Shown: one piece after another, positions 46,616 through 56,288 of the stretch | Layout of the letters: each line of letters begins with the position of its first letter | Numbering within the stretch: the first letter of the stretch is position 1 | Assembly (NCBI GenBank): GCA_964392095.1 | Contig: CAYMOF010000002.1 | Span: 1 to 61,812, forward strand | Direction of reading: 5' to 3' | DNA length: 61,812 nt | From: an uncultured Candidatus Saccharibacteria bacterium | GTDB lineage: Bacteria; Patescibacteriota; Andersenbacteria; UBA10190 | Notes under the pieces: generated by a model | Databases searched by the model: none | Told to the model about the DNA's origin: nothing | Seen by the model: only the letters and a program-made list of their open reading frames with translations | Translations under genes and position numbers: made by a program

Positions 46616-48064
46616 ATGTCTAAAAGCGCAGATAATAATCAGCAATCGGGTGTTATTAGAATTCCACCCCATAATTACGAAGCGGAAGAGTGTGTTTTGG
46701 GGAGTCTCCTGATAGACAAGGACGCGATAATGAAAATTGCTGATTTTTTGTTACCGGAAGATTTTTATAAAGAAACTAATCAAAGGATCTATGAGGGCAT
46801 CTTTGATTTGTACAGTAAGGGGGAGCCCATAGACGTAGTGTCTTTGGCTAATTGGATGAAAGAAAGGAAAAAATTAAGTCTTGTCGGGGGGGAGGCGACT
46901 ATAGCTCATTTAGCCACGGTGGTGCCTACGGCCGGCAACGTAGCTCATTACGCGAGAATTGTTCAGAAGTGTTCTACCTTGAGGAGATTGATCGCGGCGG
47001 CAGCTAATATAAGCGAAATGGGTTTCGAGGAAGAAAGGGAAATTGAGGAGTTGCTAGATGAGGTAGAAAGAGAGCTTTTTTCCGTTTCTAGAGAACACAG
47101 AAATGTAAAGTTCACCAAAATATCAGAGGCTCTTGAGGAGGCTTTTGAGCGCATAGATAAATTGCACAAGGGGGAGAAGGGATTAAGGGGTGTTCCCACA
47201 GGTTATTTTGATTTGGACAAAAAATTGGCCGGTTGGCAGAGGTCTGATTTAATTATCTTGGCCGCTCGTCCTTCTTTAGGTAAGACAACTTTAGCGTTGG
47301 ATTTCGCCAGAAGCGCGGCTTTGAGCGGAGTGCCGGTGGGCATTTTTAGTTTAGAGATGTCTAAAGAGCAATTGATAGACAGGATGCTGGCGGCCCATGC
47401 TCACGTCGATCTTTGGCGAATGAGAACGGGAAAATTAGAGGCGGGCGGCGAGTTTGATGATTTTAGTCGTCTGGGTCACGCTATGGGCGAGTTGTCAGAG
47501 GTCCCCATATATATAGACGATCAGGCTTCAAATAATGTCATGGGGATGAGAACTATGGCAAGAAGGTTGCAGGCTGATCATGGGCTGGGATTGATGATAG
47601 TTGACTATTTACAGCTGATGGAATCCAGCCGTTATAAGGATAATCGGGTTCAAGAAGTGTCGGATATATCAAGGGGGTTAAAAAAGCTGGCCCTTGAATT
47701 AAATATACCAATAATTGCTTTGTCACAGTTATCAAGAGCGGTTGAATTGAGAACCAGCCAGCGTCCCAAGCTTTCTGATCTTCGCGAGTCGGGCAGTATT
47801 GAGCAGGACGCCGATGTAGTAATGTTTATTCACTATGAGCCTGATGATGAAGACGCATACGAGAAAAACGAGGTACGCGATATAGCTTTGTTGATAGAAA
47901 AACACAGAAACGGACCAATTGGAGAGGTGCCTTTAAGATTTCATACCAGGTATGTTACTTGTCTTTCGCCTCAAGATGATTATGAGCTGGAAGAAAATGT
48001 TGAGCAGAAAAACAAAGGCGTAAATAGTGTTGAGGAAGAAAAAGTTTCAGTGCCAACAGGTTGA
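46616..48064 (+). CDS. dnaB: replicative DNA helicase DnaB
   Basis: PHNYEAEECVLGSLL N-terminus; Walker A ARPSLGKTTLAL; ALSQLSR; 482 aa. Confidence 0.95.
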   Translation: MSKSADNNQQSGVIRIPPHNYEAEECVLGSLLIDKDAIMKIADFLLPEDFYKETNQRIYEGIFDLYSKGEPIDVVSLANWMKERKKLSLVGGEATIAHLATVVPTAGNVAHYARIVQKCSTLRRLIAAAANISEMGFEEEREIEELLDEVERELFSVSREHRNVKFTKISEALEEAFERIDKLHKGEKGLRGVPTGYFDLDKKLAGWQRSDLIILAARPSLGKTTLALDFARSAALSGVPVGIFSLEMSKEQLIDRMLAAHAHVDLWRMRTGKLEAGGEFDDFSRLGHAMGELSEVPIYIDDQASNNVMGMRTMARRLQADHGLGLMIVDYLQLMESSRYKDNRVQEVSDISRGLKKLALELNIPIIALSQLSRAVELRTSQRPKLSDLRESGSIEQDADVVMFIHYEPDDEDAYEKNEVRDIALLIEKHRNGPIGEVPLRFHTRYVTCLSPQDDYELEENVEQKNKGVNSVEEEKVSVPTG

Positions 48065-48157
48065 TTGTTAGATGGAAAAATCTTGATTGAATGGCTTTTC
48101 TTAAAATGTAAGATTGTCGTTTGCTGTTAAAGCACATACTATTATGGGATTAAATAT

Positions 48158-48760
48158 ATGACGACTATATTACCAAGAGCGGTTAGGGATTTGAGCCAAG
48201 AACTAATGCGGTTACCAAGTGTTGGCCCTAAAACTGCGCGGCGGCTAGCAATTCATTTGTTAAGACAACCCCCTAATGTGGTGATAAACCTGGCTGATAA
48301 ATTAAAGAACCTTCACGATAACGTAAGTATTTGCGAGAATTGCTACAACTTGTCAGAAAAAGATGTTTGTGAGGTTTGTAATGATATAGGGAGAGATAAA
48401 TCGATCATTTGCGTGGTGGAAAATCCGCTGGACGTAGAGGCTATAGAAAGAACCGCTTCTTATGATGGTGTTTACCATGTTTTGGGGGGCGTGCTTTCTC
48501 CTTTAGAAGGAATTGGCGAAGAGCATTTAACTATAAATGAACTGGTTGCTCGGATAGATAAAGGAGAGGCAAAAGAATTAATAATGGCCTTAAATCCAAC
48601 CGTGGAAGGTGAGGCCACTATTAGGTATATAATAGAAAACATAAATAGTGAGGAGGTAAAAATTTCCCGTTTAGCCAGAGGCTTGCCAACCGGCGGAGAC
48701 ATTGAATACGCTGATGCCACCACTATAAAGGCTTCTATTGAGGGCAGGAAGTTTTTATAG
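48158..48760 (+). CDS. recR: recombination protein RecR
   Basis: LPSVGPKTARRLA HhH, C4 zinc finger CENC...CEVC, Toprim region. Confidence 0.9.
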   Translation: MTTILPRAVRDLSQELMRLPSVGPKTARRLAIHLLRQPPNVVINLADKLKNLHDNVSICENCYNLSEKDVCEVCNDIGRDKSIICVVENPLDVEAIERTASYDGVYHVLGGVLSPLEGIGEEHLTINELVARIDKGEAKELIMALNPTVEGEATIRYIIENINSEEVKISRLARGLPTGGDIEYADATTIKASIEGRKFL

Positions 48761-48793
48761 AAATTGGTCTGTTTTGTTTAAGCGAGCTAAATA

Positions 48794-49126
48794 ATGGACA
48801 GAGACAGAAAAGCGCTAAAAAGAAGGCTGATTATTATTCTTTTGGGGCTGCTTTTACTGAGTGTGATTATTTTGTTGATTGGTCCCAGTGGTTTAAGAAC
48901 ACAGGTTTATACGGGCAATAAAAATTTAGGGGAGGGAGAGGTTGTTTATCTGGAAAATATAATTTTTGCCCCAGTAATAGCGTTATATGACGAGGCGGTT
49001 GACTTTTTCAGGCCAAGTAATTTTCGCGACTTTGATTGGCCCGGGTTTGGGTGTCTTTTTTTGCCAAATAATCAAGCCCGCATACCAATTAAGTGGCTTA
49101 GAGAAAAGTCTTCATATTGTTATTAG
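48794..49126 (+). CDS. hypothetical membrane-anchored protein (110 aa)
   Basis: ORF track; one N-terminal TM. Confidence 0.3.
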   Translation: MDRDRKALKRRLIIILLGLLLLSVIILLIGPSGLRTQVYTGNKNLGEGEVVYLENIIFAPVIALYDEAVDFFRPSNFRDFDWPGFGCLFLPNNQARIPIKWLREKSSYCY

Positions 49127-49157
49127 CCACTTGCTGCTAAATCTCGATATTGTCTCT

Positions 49158-49478
49158 CTATTTAGTTTTGATACTGGTAATTTTTACTTGCGTGTAGGGT
49201 TGTCGGTGACCGTAATAGCGGTGGTAGCGTTTTTTCGGTTTCATTTTTACGCCGGTAATTTTTTTATCAAGCCCCCTGCCTACTATGTCAGCTTCGACTT
49301 TGCTTCCTTTGACTAAAGGAGTGCCTATTTTGACTGTTTTATCAGTGGCGGTGAGCAAAACTTTGTCGAAGACAACTGTGTTATTTTTCTGCCACGAAAG
49401 CTTCTCGATTTTAAGCGTGTCTCCTGGTTCAACCAGATATTGTTTTCCGCTTGTTTTTATAACGGCTATTTTTTTCAT
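49158..49478 (-). CDS. rplU: ribosomal protein L21
   Basis: MKKIAVIKTSGKQYLVEPGDTLKIEKL; start moved to Met at 49478. Confidence 0.9.
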   Translation of the reverse strand: MKKIAVIKTSGKQYLVEPGDTLKIEKLSWQKNNTVVFDKVLLTATDKTVKIGTPLVKGSKVEADIVGRGLDKKITGVKMKPKKRYHRYYGHRQPYTQVKITSIKTK

Positions 49479-49552
49479 ACGGGCAATTAATAATTTTATG
49501 CTATCAATACCCAATTATACTGTTTTATATTAGTTTTTTTGTCAAGAAAAGC

Positions 49553-50527
49553 TTATTTGGCTTGGTTTACTGGAGTGATTGGGTCTTTTCCTTCTAAGAC
49601 GGCAAGAATGTTTTTGGCGGCGAGTTCAGACATGGCTGAGCGTGTTTCTTCGGTGGCGGAGGCTATGTGGGGAGTTAAAACAACATTATCAAGCTCTTTT
49701 AAGCCGGGAGTAAGTTCTGGTTCATTTTCAAATACGTCCAGGGCCGCGCCTTTGATTTCACTATTTCTTAAAGCTTTTACCAGGGCCGTTTCGTCAACGA
49801 CGGGTCCTCTGGCTGTATTTATAAGATAGGCGGTGTTTTTAAAGGCCTTTAACCGATCGGAATTTATAAGATGGTGGGTGGAGTCAACTAAAGGTACATG
49901 AAGAGAAAGGGCGTCCACCAGGGGGATCATCTCATCAATATTATCATAGTAAGCGGCTTCGAAGTCTTGTTCGAACTGTTCATTGCGATTGATATCATTA
50001 TAGGCAACTTTCATATCAAATCCCTGCCGCGCCCGTTTAGCTACCTCTATGCCGATTCTGCCCAAGCCTACAATTCCAAGGGTTTTGTCTTTAAGCTCTG
50101 TACCAAGTAGAAGCATGGGTCGCCAGCCGGTGTATTTGCCGGCTCGGGTAAAGTCGTCGGCCTCGACTAGACGCTGGGCGATAGCGGCCAGCAAAGATAT
50201 GGTGTGTTCGGCAACCGCGTTGGTTAAAACATCCGGAGTGTTCGTTACAACAATCCCCTTTTGGGCAGCAGTTTGGGTGTCAATGTTATCATAACCAACG
50301 GCGTAATTGGCTATCACTTTTAATTGGTCACCCGCTTCCTCAATTTCTTCCGGGCCAATCCTGTCAGTGAGAAGAGGAAGAATCCCGTCATATTCTTTTA
50401 ATGCTGAAATCAGCTCCTCTCTGGAAATTAGTGATTCCTCCTGCCGCACGACTACCTCGTGCCCAGCCTGCCTTAATAGCTCGGGGCCGGCTTCGGGGAT
50501 TTGGTAGGTTACATATATTTTTGCCAT
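49553..50527 (-). CDS. D-isomer-specific 2-hydroxyacid dehydrogenase (glyoxylate/hydroxypyruvate reductase-like)
   Basis: GIVGLGRIGIEVAKR NAD fold; RGPVVDE; TPHIASAT catalytic His. Confidence 0.85.
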   Translation of the reverse strand: MAKIYVTYQIPEAGPELLRQAGHEVVVRQEESLISREELISALKEYDGILPLLTDRIGPEEIEEAGDQLKVIANYAVGYDNIDTQTAAQKGIVVTNTPDVLTNAVAEHTISLLAAIAQRLVEADDFTRAGKYTGWRPMLLLGTELKDKTLGIVGLGRIGIEVAKRARQGFDMKVAYNDINRNEQFEQDFEAAYYDNIDEMIPLVDALSLHVPLVDSTHHLINSDRLKAFKNTAYLINTARGPVVDETALVKALRNSEIKGAALDVFENEPELTPGLKELDNVVLTPHIASATEETRSAMSELAAKNILAVLEGKDPITPVNQAK

Positions 50528-50607
50528 AGAAAAAATATTAAATAAAGAATTTAGTTAGGTTTATTTTAATACATCGATATTGATAAAAGAAATGAGGGGC
50601 TTTCTAC

Positions 50608-51141
50608 TCACTCATCTTTCAAAATTATTTCGGTGCCTGTTTTAATGTTGTAAACATCGGCTTGACCGGCCGGTAACTCAAGAACTGCGTCAATCGGCTC
50701 AGGGGGAAGATAGGTTTTTAAAGACGACTGGCTGCGAGGCGAGGGAGGGGACACAAAGCTATCTACCTTAATAACCTTGTTGTTATTTATCCAAACAATA
50801 TCTATGGGCACTAGCATGTCTTTCATCCAAAATGGTTTTATGCCGGCAGACGGAAAAACGAAATAAAGGCCGCTGTCATTAGGAACGTGATCACAACCAG
50901 AAAGTCCTTGGCTGCGTTCTTCGGGCGTATCAGCCAGCCCTACTCGTAGGGTTATGTCATTAATGGAAACTGTTTTTTGTGAAAAGTTAGGGCAACCAAT
51001 GTCTTTTTGAAGGGAGGGGCAGGGTGAAAATTTCATGTATAAAGAAAGAATCGCGGAGGCACAAAAAAGCAAAGTGACAATCATTAAAAAGATTATTTCC
51101 GGGACGTTGGGGGGATTGTTTCGGGCTTTTCTATTCTCCAT
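50608..51141 (-). CDS. DUF192-family protein with N-terminal anchor
   Basis: GLSGC...GLYFVF...FWMKDMLVPIDIVWI...VLELPAG pattern. Start may instead be Met at 51084, which avoids a 49-nt overlap. Confidence 0.6.
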   Translation of the reverse strand: MENRKARNNPPNVPEIIFLMIVTLLFCASAILSLYMKFSPCPSLQKDIGCPNFSQKTVSINDITLRVGLADTPEERSQGLSGCDHVPNDSGLYFVFPSAGIKPFWMKDMLVPIDIVWINNNKVIKVDSFVSPPSPRSQSSLKTYLPPEPIDAVLELPAGQADVYNIKTGTEIILKDE

Positions 51142-52175
51142 AGTATTAATGAAACACTAATCATAATTATACCTAATATTACCAGAAGCCATAATTTATG
51201 AAAGGTTTGTAGGAGCAGAGATATTGTGCCAAAACCAGCGCTAAGAATCAGGGCTAAAAAAGATATCGTTTGAGGAGAAAATCCTTTTTTTAGTAAACGG
51301 TAATGAAGATGAGTAAAATTGTCTGATTGCCAAGGAGCTCGACGGGACAAAAGGCGTTGTAATACTACAGCTAAAGCATCCAGGGCGGGAATAAATATAA
51401 TCAGCAGAGTGGTAAGTATTTTTCCTCCGCCAATAATAGCGCAACACCCTAGAAATAAGCCGAGTAACCAGCTACCAGTGGTTCCTAGATAAAATTTGGC
51501 CGGCGGCCAATTCCAGACAAGAAAAGCTAGAAAGACGCTCGCTCCAATAAGAGACAGTTTAAAGGTTAGTAAATGATGAGTGCTTGGCATAACACTAATA
51601 AGCGCCAACATAATAAAGGCTATAACTCCAACACCGGAAGCCAGGCCATCTACACCGTCAATCCAATTAATTGAGTTCATTAAAAAAATGAACCACGAAA
51701 TAGTTGCTATAAGACCTAAATAATTAATTGAAGAAGGAAACAACGCGGAAAGGCTGATTACTTCTTCTTTCAACGGATGACTGACGTATTTAATGGTCCA
51801 ACCTCCTCCAAAGACGGTTAAAGTTATAATTGTTTGGGCCGCCAGCTGTTTGAAGGGCGAGAGGTTTTTCTTTTCGTCTATAAAGCCGATTACAATGATA
51901 AGTATAATTGATACCAATAGAGAAAATTTTAGGGGGAAATTGGTTATGATTACTGCTCCCAGCACACCGATGATGAAGGCGGGAATCAGGCCGGCGTAGC
52001 GAGGAGAAGAAAATGATAATTTTCCTATTCGATTTAAATCATTGGTTTTTTGAGGGGAAGAGAAGAAATGTTTAAAGCGTCTGTTTGAGATTGTTTTGAG
52101 AGCAAAGAAAGTGAATAAAAAACCAATCAGAAATAAAAATAGGTGCTCAGTTTTAATTAGCGAGGCGTCGATCAT
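51093..52175 (-). CDS. polyprenyl-phosphate N-acetylhexosamine-1-phosphate transferase (WecA/MraY family)
   Basis: NSINWIDGVDGLASG motif; about 10 TM. Confidence 0.8.
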   Translation of the reverse strand: MIDASLIKTEHLFLFLIGFLFTFFALKTISNRRFKHFFSSPQKTNDLNRIGKLSFSSPRYAGLIPAFIIGVLGAVIITNFPLKFSLLVSIILIIVIGFIDEKKNLSPFKQLAAQTIITLTVFGGGWTIKYVSHPLKEEVISLSALFPSSINYLGLIATISWFIFLMNSINWIDGVDGLASGVGVIAFIMLALISVMPSTHHLLTFKLSLIGASVFLAFLVWNWPPAKFYLGTTGSWLLGLFLGCCAIIGGGKILTTLLIIFIPALDALAVVLQRLLSRRAPWQSDNFTHLHYRLLKKGFSPQTISFLALILSAGFGTISLLLQTFHKLWLLVILGIIMISVSLILWRIEKPETIPPTSRK

Positions 52176-52178
52176 TCT

Positions 52179-53837
52179 CTACTCTTTTCTGGTTTTTTGC
52201 ATGACGTTAAATTGTAAATCCCTGCCAAGCATTAATCTGGTTTCCGCGTCAAGGGCCGGCAAGGCCGAGAGGACCGTAGCTATAATGGGAACTAATATCC
52301 ATTGAAGAATAACGGTTAAGTAGCGCCAACTGCCGTATTTTGAGGGCTTAGGCGGTAATAACATTATTGAAATGGCTGTTGATAATACCAGCCCTATCAT
52401 AGCCACGGTCATGATAGAACGAGCAATATAAGGCAAATTGTAAGAAAGTACGGTGGTGTGAAAAGCCGGTCCACCAAAGAAAACCGGTAACCAGCCTAGT
52501 CCGGCCACAATTATCGGTGTTGTCGCCCAAGAGAAATGGCCTTCCAGGGTTCTGAAAATATAGGTGAGTTTGGTGCGGAAATGTATCTTTTTGTTTTTCC
52601 AAAAACCTTCTGCCAGATAAGGAAAATTTTCAATTCCCCAGGCCCACCTTCTTTTCTGCTTATACTGATTAATAAAAGTTTTCCACCAGCTCGTCGAAAG
52701 GGCCGCGTCCATCGAGACCGAGGTATAGAGAGGTTCTGTTTTATAATGGCCATTATAAAAAAGCAAGCATTGCCAAAAAATACGTGAATCTTCAGAAATA
52801 ATATCTCTTTGCCAGTAGCCTACGTCTTTAAGAGCTGTTAAGGGCATGGAATGGCTGGAGAAGGTAACCAGCCTTTCGGGGCGAGTTGATTCTATCATTT
52901 GCCAGAAAGTGGAACCGGTGGCTACTACTCTTGAAAACGCGGGGGCGTCCCACAGGTTATTGTTATAAAGAGGCAGAGGTTGGTAACTTGCCCGGTAGCG
53001 ATCCGGGTGAGTAATAAAAGCATAGGTGAGATGGGAAAAATAATCTCGACTTACCACGGTGTCGCTGTCGAAATTACTCACCAGAATATTTTTTTTAATC
53101 ACGCCCTTTTCGGCAACCAATGGTTCTACCTTCTTTAAGGCCCAGGTGGCATTGGCGCTTTTTACTCTCTTTTCTCCGGGCAGACCATCGGGATGAAAAG
53201 TAGTAATAAAGGTGGCAAAATGATGGCCGAATTGCTTGGTGAGCAAAGCGGCTTTTTGTCTAGCTTCCTGGCCGACTCTTTCTTCAAAACCAATAACCAC
53301 GTGCAGCCTATCCTTGGGGAAATCAATGTTTACTAGTGCTGAAAGAGAAGTTTTGAGAACAATGAGAGATTCATCATAAGTGGGAAGAATAACTATATGG
53401 TGTACGTCGCGCCAGGGAAAAATTTCAACTGCGGAGTCTTTAATTCTTCTTAGATCTTGCAGTAGTTGGTTAAGCTGCCAGCGCTTGAGGCTGGTTTTGT
53501 TTTTACATTTTTTAAGCTCGGTTTGAGTTTTCTGGTAGTAATTATCGACTCCCCAAGAAATTTCCCGGCAGCGAGACAGCCAGTCACATGTTTGCATTTT
53601 GTGAAGCTTAAGATAGGCATAAACAAGATGCACAGACATATAAACAGCCCGAATTAGCACGTATATATCATAGGCAATGATAAAAATGGCTATCCAGAAA
53701 GGAATAAGAAAAGCCAGAACAGACAATAAAATTAAAGCCCCCCAAGACAGAAACCCGGGAATAATGGAGAAAAGGCGAAGCCTTAGGTCTTTAAAGTTTA
53801 ATCCTATGGCGAGGCTTGGTTTTTTTTCTTTTGTCAT
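52179..53837 (-). CDS. membrane-integrated processive GT2 glycosyltransferase (cellulose/chitin/PNAG-synthase-like)
   Basis: ILPTYDES, NFDSDT (DxD), KQKRRWAWG (QxxRW), flanking TMs. Start moved to Met at 53837. Confidence 0.75.
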   Translation of the reverse strand: MTKEKKPSLAIGLNFKDLRLRLFSIIPGFLSWGALILLSVLAFLIPFWIAIFIIAYDIYVLIRAVYMSVHLVYAYLKLHKMQTCDWLSRCREISWGVDNYYQKTQTELKKCKNKTSLKRWQLNQLLQDLRRIKDSAVEIFPWRDVHHIVILPTYDESLIVLKTSLSALVNIDFPKDRLHVVIGFEERVGQEARQKAALLTKQFGHHFATFITTFHPDGLPGEKRVKSANATWALKKVEPLVAEKGVIKKNILVSNFDSDTVVSRDYFSHLTYAFITHPDRYRASYQPLPLYNNNLWDAPAFSRVVATGSTFWQMIESTRPERLVTFSSHSMPLTALKDVGYWQRDIISEDSRIFWQCLLFYNGHYKTEPLYTSVSMDAALSTSWWKTFINQYKQKRRWAWGIENFPYLAEGFWKNKKIHFRTKLTYIFRTLEGHFSWATTPIIVAGLGWLPVFFGGPAFHTTVLSYNLPYIARSIMTVAMIGLVLSTAISIMLLPPKPSKYGSWRYLTVILQWILVPIIATVLSALPALDAETRLMLGRDLQFNVMQKTRKE

Positions 53838-53863
53838 AAGCGTAAATATAGTCCGGACAGTCT

Positions 53864-54187
53864 TTATTGATTGGCGAAGTAAACCATGGTAAACGCGGCG
53901 ATTAGTATTAATTGAATAACCGGTATTATTGACCAAATTATATAGGCGGAGGTTTTGTCAATAGTTATAATACTCGTGCCTAAGATAAGATTTCCGACGA
54001 TAATTATCAAGCCGCAGGTAGGTAGGACAAGTATTTGTCTGCTGGCGCCGATAAAGTCGATACCAACGCCGACATTGTAATGTAAAATCGCGGCGTAGTC
54101 TTTAGGAAATACAAAAAGGGCTAAAATCCACAAAATAGCGTTAGGCGCGAAGCTGGCAATAATTATAATTGATTGGGGACGATTCAC
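53864..54187 (-). CDS. hypothetical small membrane protein (107 aa, 3-4 TM)
   Basis: ORF track; hydrophobic throughout. Confidence 0.4.
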   Translation of the reverse strand: MNRPQSIIIIASFAPNAILWILALFVFPKDYAAILHYNVGVGIDFIGASRQILVLPTCGLIIIVGNLILGTSIITIDKTSAYIIWSIIPVIQLILIAAFTMVYFANQ

Positions 54188-54212
54188 GGATTAGACAAAA
54201 AGACGTTTTGTA

Positions 54213-55514
54213 TTAAAGACCGCCGGCTTCGTATTCTTTGGCTACAGCCAAAACCTTGGCTCCATACCACCCATGATATTGCCAGTTAGGACCGGCTAGA
54301 TACCGGCAGACTGCTTCAAGCTGACGAGCAGGGTCGGCAGCGCCACGATCAGCCAGCATGATGCCAACAGCAACCAGGGAATCAACAAGCTGAAAGGGGT
54401 CAGGTACGGGCTTGCTCATAAGAGACGAAACTCGTCCTTCAAGTCTTTCCCAAGTGTCAGGCATAACCTGTCCCGGTCCAATAGCGCCTCCCCACCCTTG
54501 ATAAGAAGTGGGTCGGCGCGAAATCGGAGTGTTGTAGGGGTCAAGTCCTAATTTTTCGGTTATTCTTATGAAGGCATCGCGGCTTAAAGGGTGCATGTCG
54601 TCGGGAAATTCACCGCTACCAGTCCATTCCCCTACGTTGGACTCAATTTTAACTATGGCCAGAATTAAGGAAGGTTTAACACCTGTTAAATTACTGGCAT
54701 AACGAGCGGCCTGAAAGGCATCGTTGACGGCGAGTTGAAGACCGACGTTTTTTAAGGTAAAGATTTGGTTTTCGATTTCTTCTCTGGCCTGAATAGCTTC
54801 GGCAATTTTGTTTTTGTAATTGGCTTGTTCTTGGCGCTTGAGACTTAAAAAGTTTTTCTTTTCCTGGCGGGTGTTGGCTAGAGAAACGTGCTGGGCAGCT
54901 TGCAACTTATGGAGTGATTCCAGCTCCGCCTGTTTTTTTTCTAATTCCTCCTTATCGCTTTCAAGTTGCTGTTTTTGCTTTTGCAGACCTTGAACTAATT
55001 CATAGGTTGCGGCGGTTAAGTCGTGGTGAATTTCCTGATTAATAATAAAGGTACTTAGTGAATCGGCTCCCAAGAAAATATCAAGAGTGGTGTTTCTTTG
55101 CTCGTGTTCATACAGAGAGCGTAAAGTGTCCCCTAGTTGCTGTCTTTTTATATTAATAAGGTTTTCCGATTCTTTAATGTTACTAGTAATTTTATCAAGA
55201 TCATTGCTTGTGTTGGTAATGCTTATTTTGGTTTTTTTAAGTTGCAGTTCAGCTAATTGAACTTTGCCCGAGATGTGACGTAATTGCTCGGCCACTAACT
55301 CGGCTTCGTTAGTGGCTGTTTGGTGTCCCTTTTTTAAAGAATCGATTTTGTCCGTTAATTTTGAAAGTTCGCCCTCTTTAGCGCTTAGTTCTGCCTGGGT
55401 TTTGTCCAGTTCTGTTGGGCTTGGCTGGGGGGTGATATCATTTGAGGCCGCATGTGAATAAGAAACGGAAACAAATAAAAAGGCAAAAAGAATGCACAAG
55501 GAAATAATTTTCAT
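54213..55514 (-). CDS. coiled-coil protein with C-terminal lytic-transglycosylase-like domain
   Basis: Signal peptide, ~230-aa coiled coil, then LILAIVKIESN and GGAIGPGQVMPDTW (MltB-like) motifs. Confidence 0.55.
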   Translation of the reverse strand: MKIISLCILFAFLFVSVSYSHAASNDITPQPSPTELDKTQAELSAKEGELSKLTDKIDSLKKGHQTATNEAELVAEQLRHISGKVQLAELQLKKTKISITNTSNDLDKITSNIKESENLINIKRQQLGDTLRSLYEHEQRNTTLDIFLGADSLSTFIINQEIHHDLTAATYELVQGLQKQKQQLESDKEELEKKQAELESLHKLQAAQHVSLANTRQEKKNFLSLKRQEQANYKNKIAEAIQAREEIENQIFTLKNVGLQLAVNDAFQAARYASNLTGVKPSLILAIVKIESNVGEWTGSGEFPDDMHPLSRDAFIRITEKLGLDPYNTPISRRPTSYQGWGGAIGPGQVMPDTWERLEGRVSSLMSKPVPDPFQLVDSLVAVGIMLADRGAADPARQLEAVCRYLAGPNWQYHGWYGAKVLAVAKEYEAGGL

Positions 55515-55679
55515 AGAAACAGATTTTGAGTAGGTGCGGATTAAGGCTTTTTATTATTCTTTAAAGTCACTATAACACGGTCCGACAATCTTAATGACAA
55601 GGTGTTGGATGTGGATAATATTTGAGCAGTTAATGTTTCTGTTTGTTATAATAGTGTTCGTTAGTATTAACATCTTAAT

Positions 55680-56288
55680 ATGAATCAAAGCGATTTAACA
55701 AAAAAACAAGGGGAGGCGCTTGATACCATAAGGGCCTTTTTAGCAGAACACAATTACGCGCCTAGCTACAGGGATATTATGAGGGCTATGGGTATTAAGT
55801 CCCCGGCGACTGCCTATAATCACGTGCAGGCTTTGAAAGATAAGGGGTATATAAATTTACGTAACGGCCAAATGAGGTCGGCGGAGTTGACCGAAAAGGC
55901 AAATATTTTTACCAAAAGTGTTACTTTGCCTTTAGCGGGAATGATAGCTGCTGGACAGCCCATAGAGGCTTTACAGGAAGAAGAAAAGGTAGCCGTGCCA
56001 ATCGAGCTTTTGCCTAACCTAAATTGTTTCGTCTTGCGGGTTAAAGGAGATTCAATGATAGAAGATGGAATTCTGGATGGGGATTTTGTTATCGTGGAGA
56101 GAAATTTTTATCCGCATAATGGAGATGTGGTTGTTGCTTTGCTGGATAACGAAAACGCAACTCTAAAAAAGTATTATCGAGAGAAAACCAGAATCAGATT
56201 ACAGCCCGCTAATAAAAAAATGAGGCCCTTATACACTAAGAATCCAGTAATACAAGGGATTGTGAGAGCGGTAATGAGGCAATACTAA
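55680..56288 (+). CDS. lexA: LexA repressor
   Basis: wHTH N-domain, cleavage region AAGQP, VKGDSM Ser and ATLKKY Lys motifs. Confidence 0.9.
   Translation: MNQSDLTKKQGEALDTIRAFLAEHNYAPSYRDIMRAMGIKSPATAYNHVQALKDKGYINLRNGQMRSAELTEKANIFTKSVTLPLAGMIAAGQPIEALQEEEKVAVPIELLPNLNCFVLRVKGDSMIEDGILDGDFVIVERNFYPHNGDVVVALLDNENATLKKYYREKTRIRLQPANKKMRPLYTKNPVIQGIVRAVMRQY

Noticed and set aside
29260-49478. rplU and rpmA are unlinked (20 kb apart, opposite strands) instead of forming the usual L21-L27 operon
   Set aside because: It is a real observation, but gene-order scrambling of this kind is common in reduced genomes. There is no functional implication to test.
8118-55618. Chromosomal origin (oriC) from DnaA boxes at 8118-8135, 27239-27247, 46532-46540 and 55610-55618
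   Set aside because: The boxes are single or paired and tens of kb apart. No dnaA/dnaN is nearby and there is no dense cluster next to an AT-rich unwinding element. It cannot be called without GC-skew analysis of the whole contig.
56285-56288. 4-nt convergent overlap of the lexA and rmuC stop codons with no terminator between them
   Set aside because: This simply reflects compact gene packing. There is no evidence for antisense regulation.
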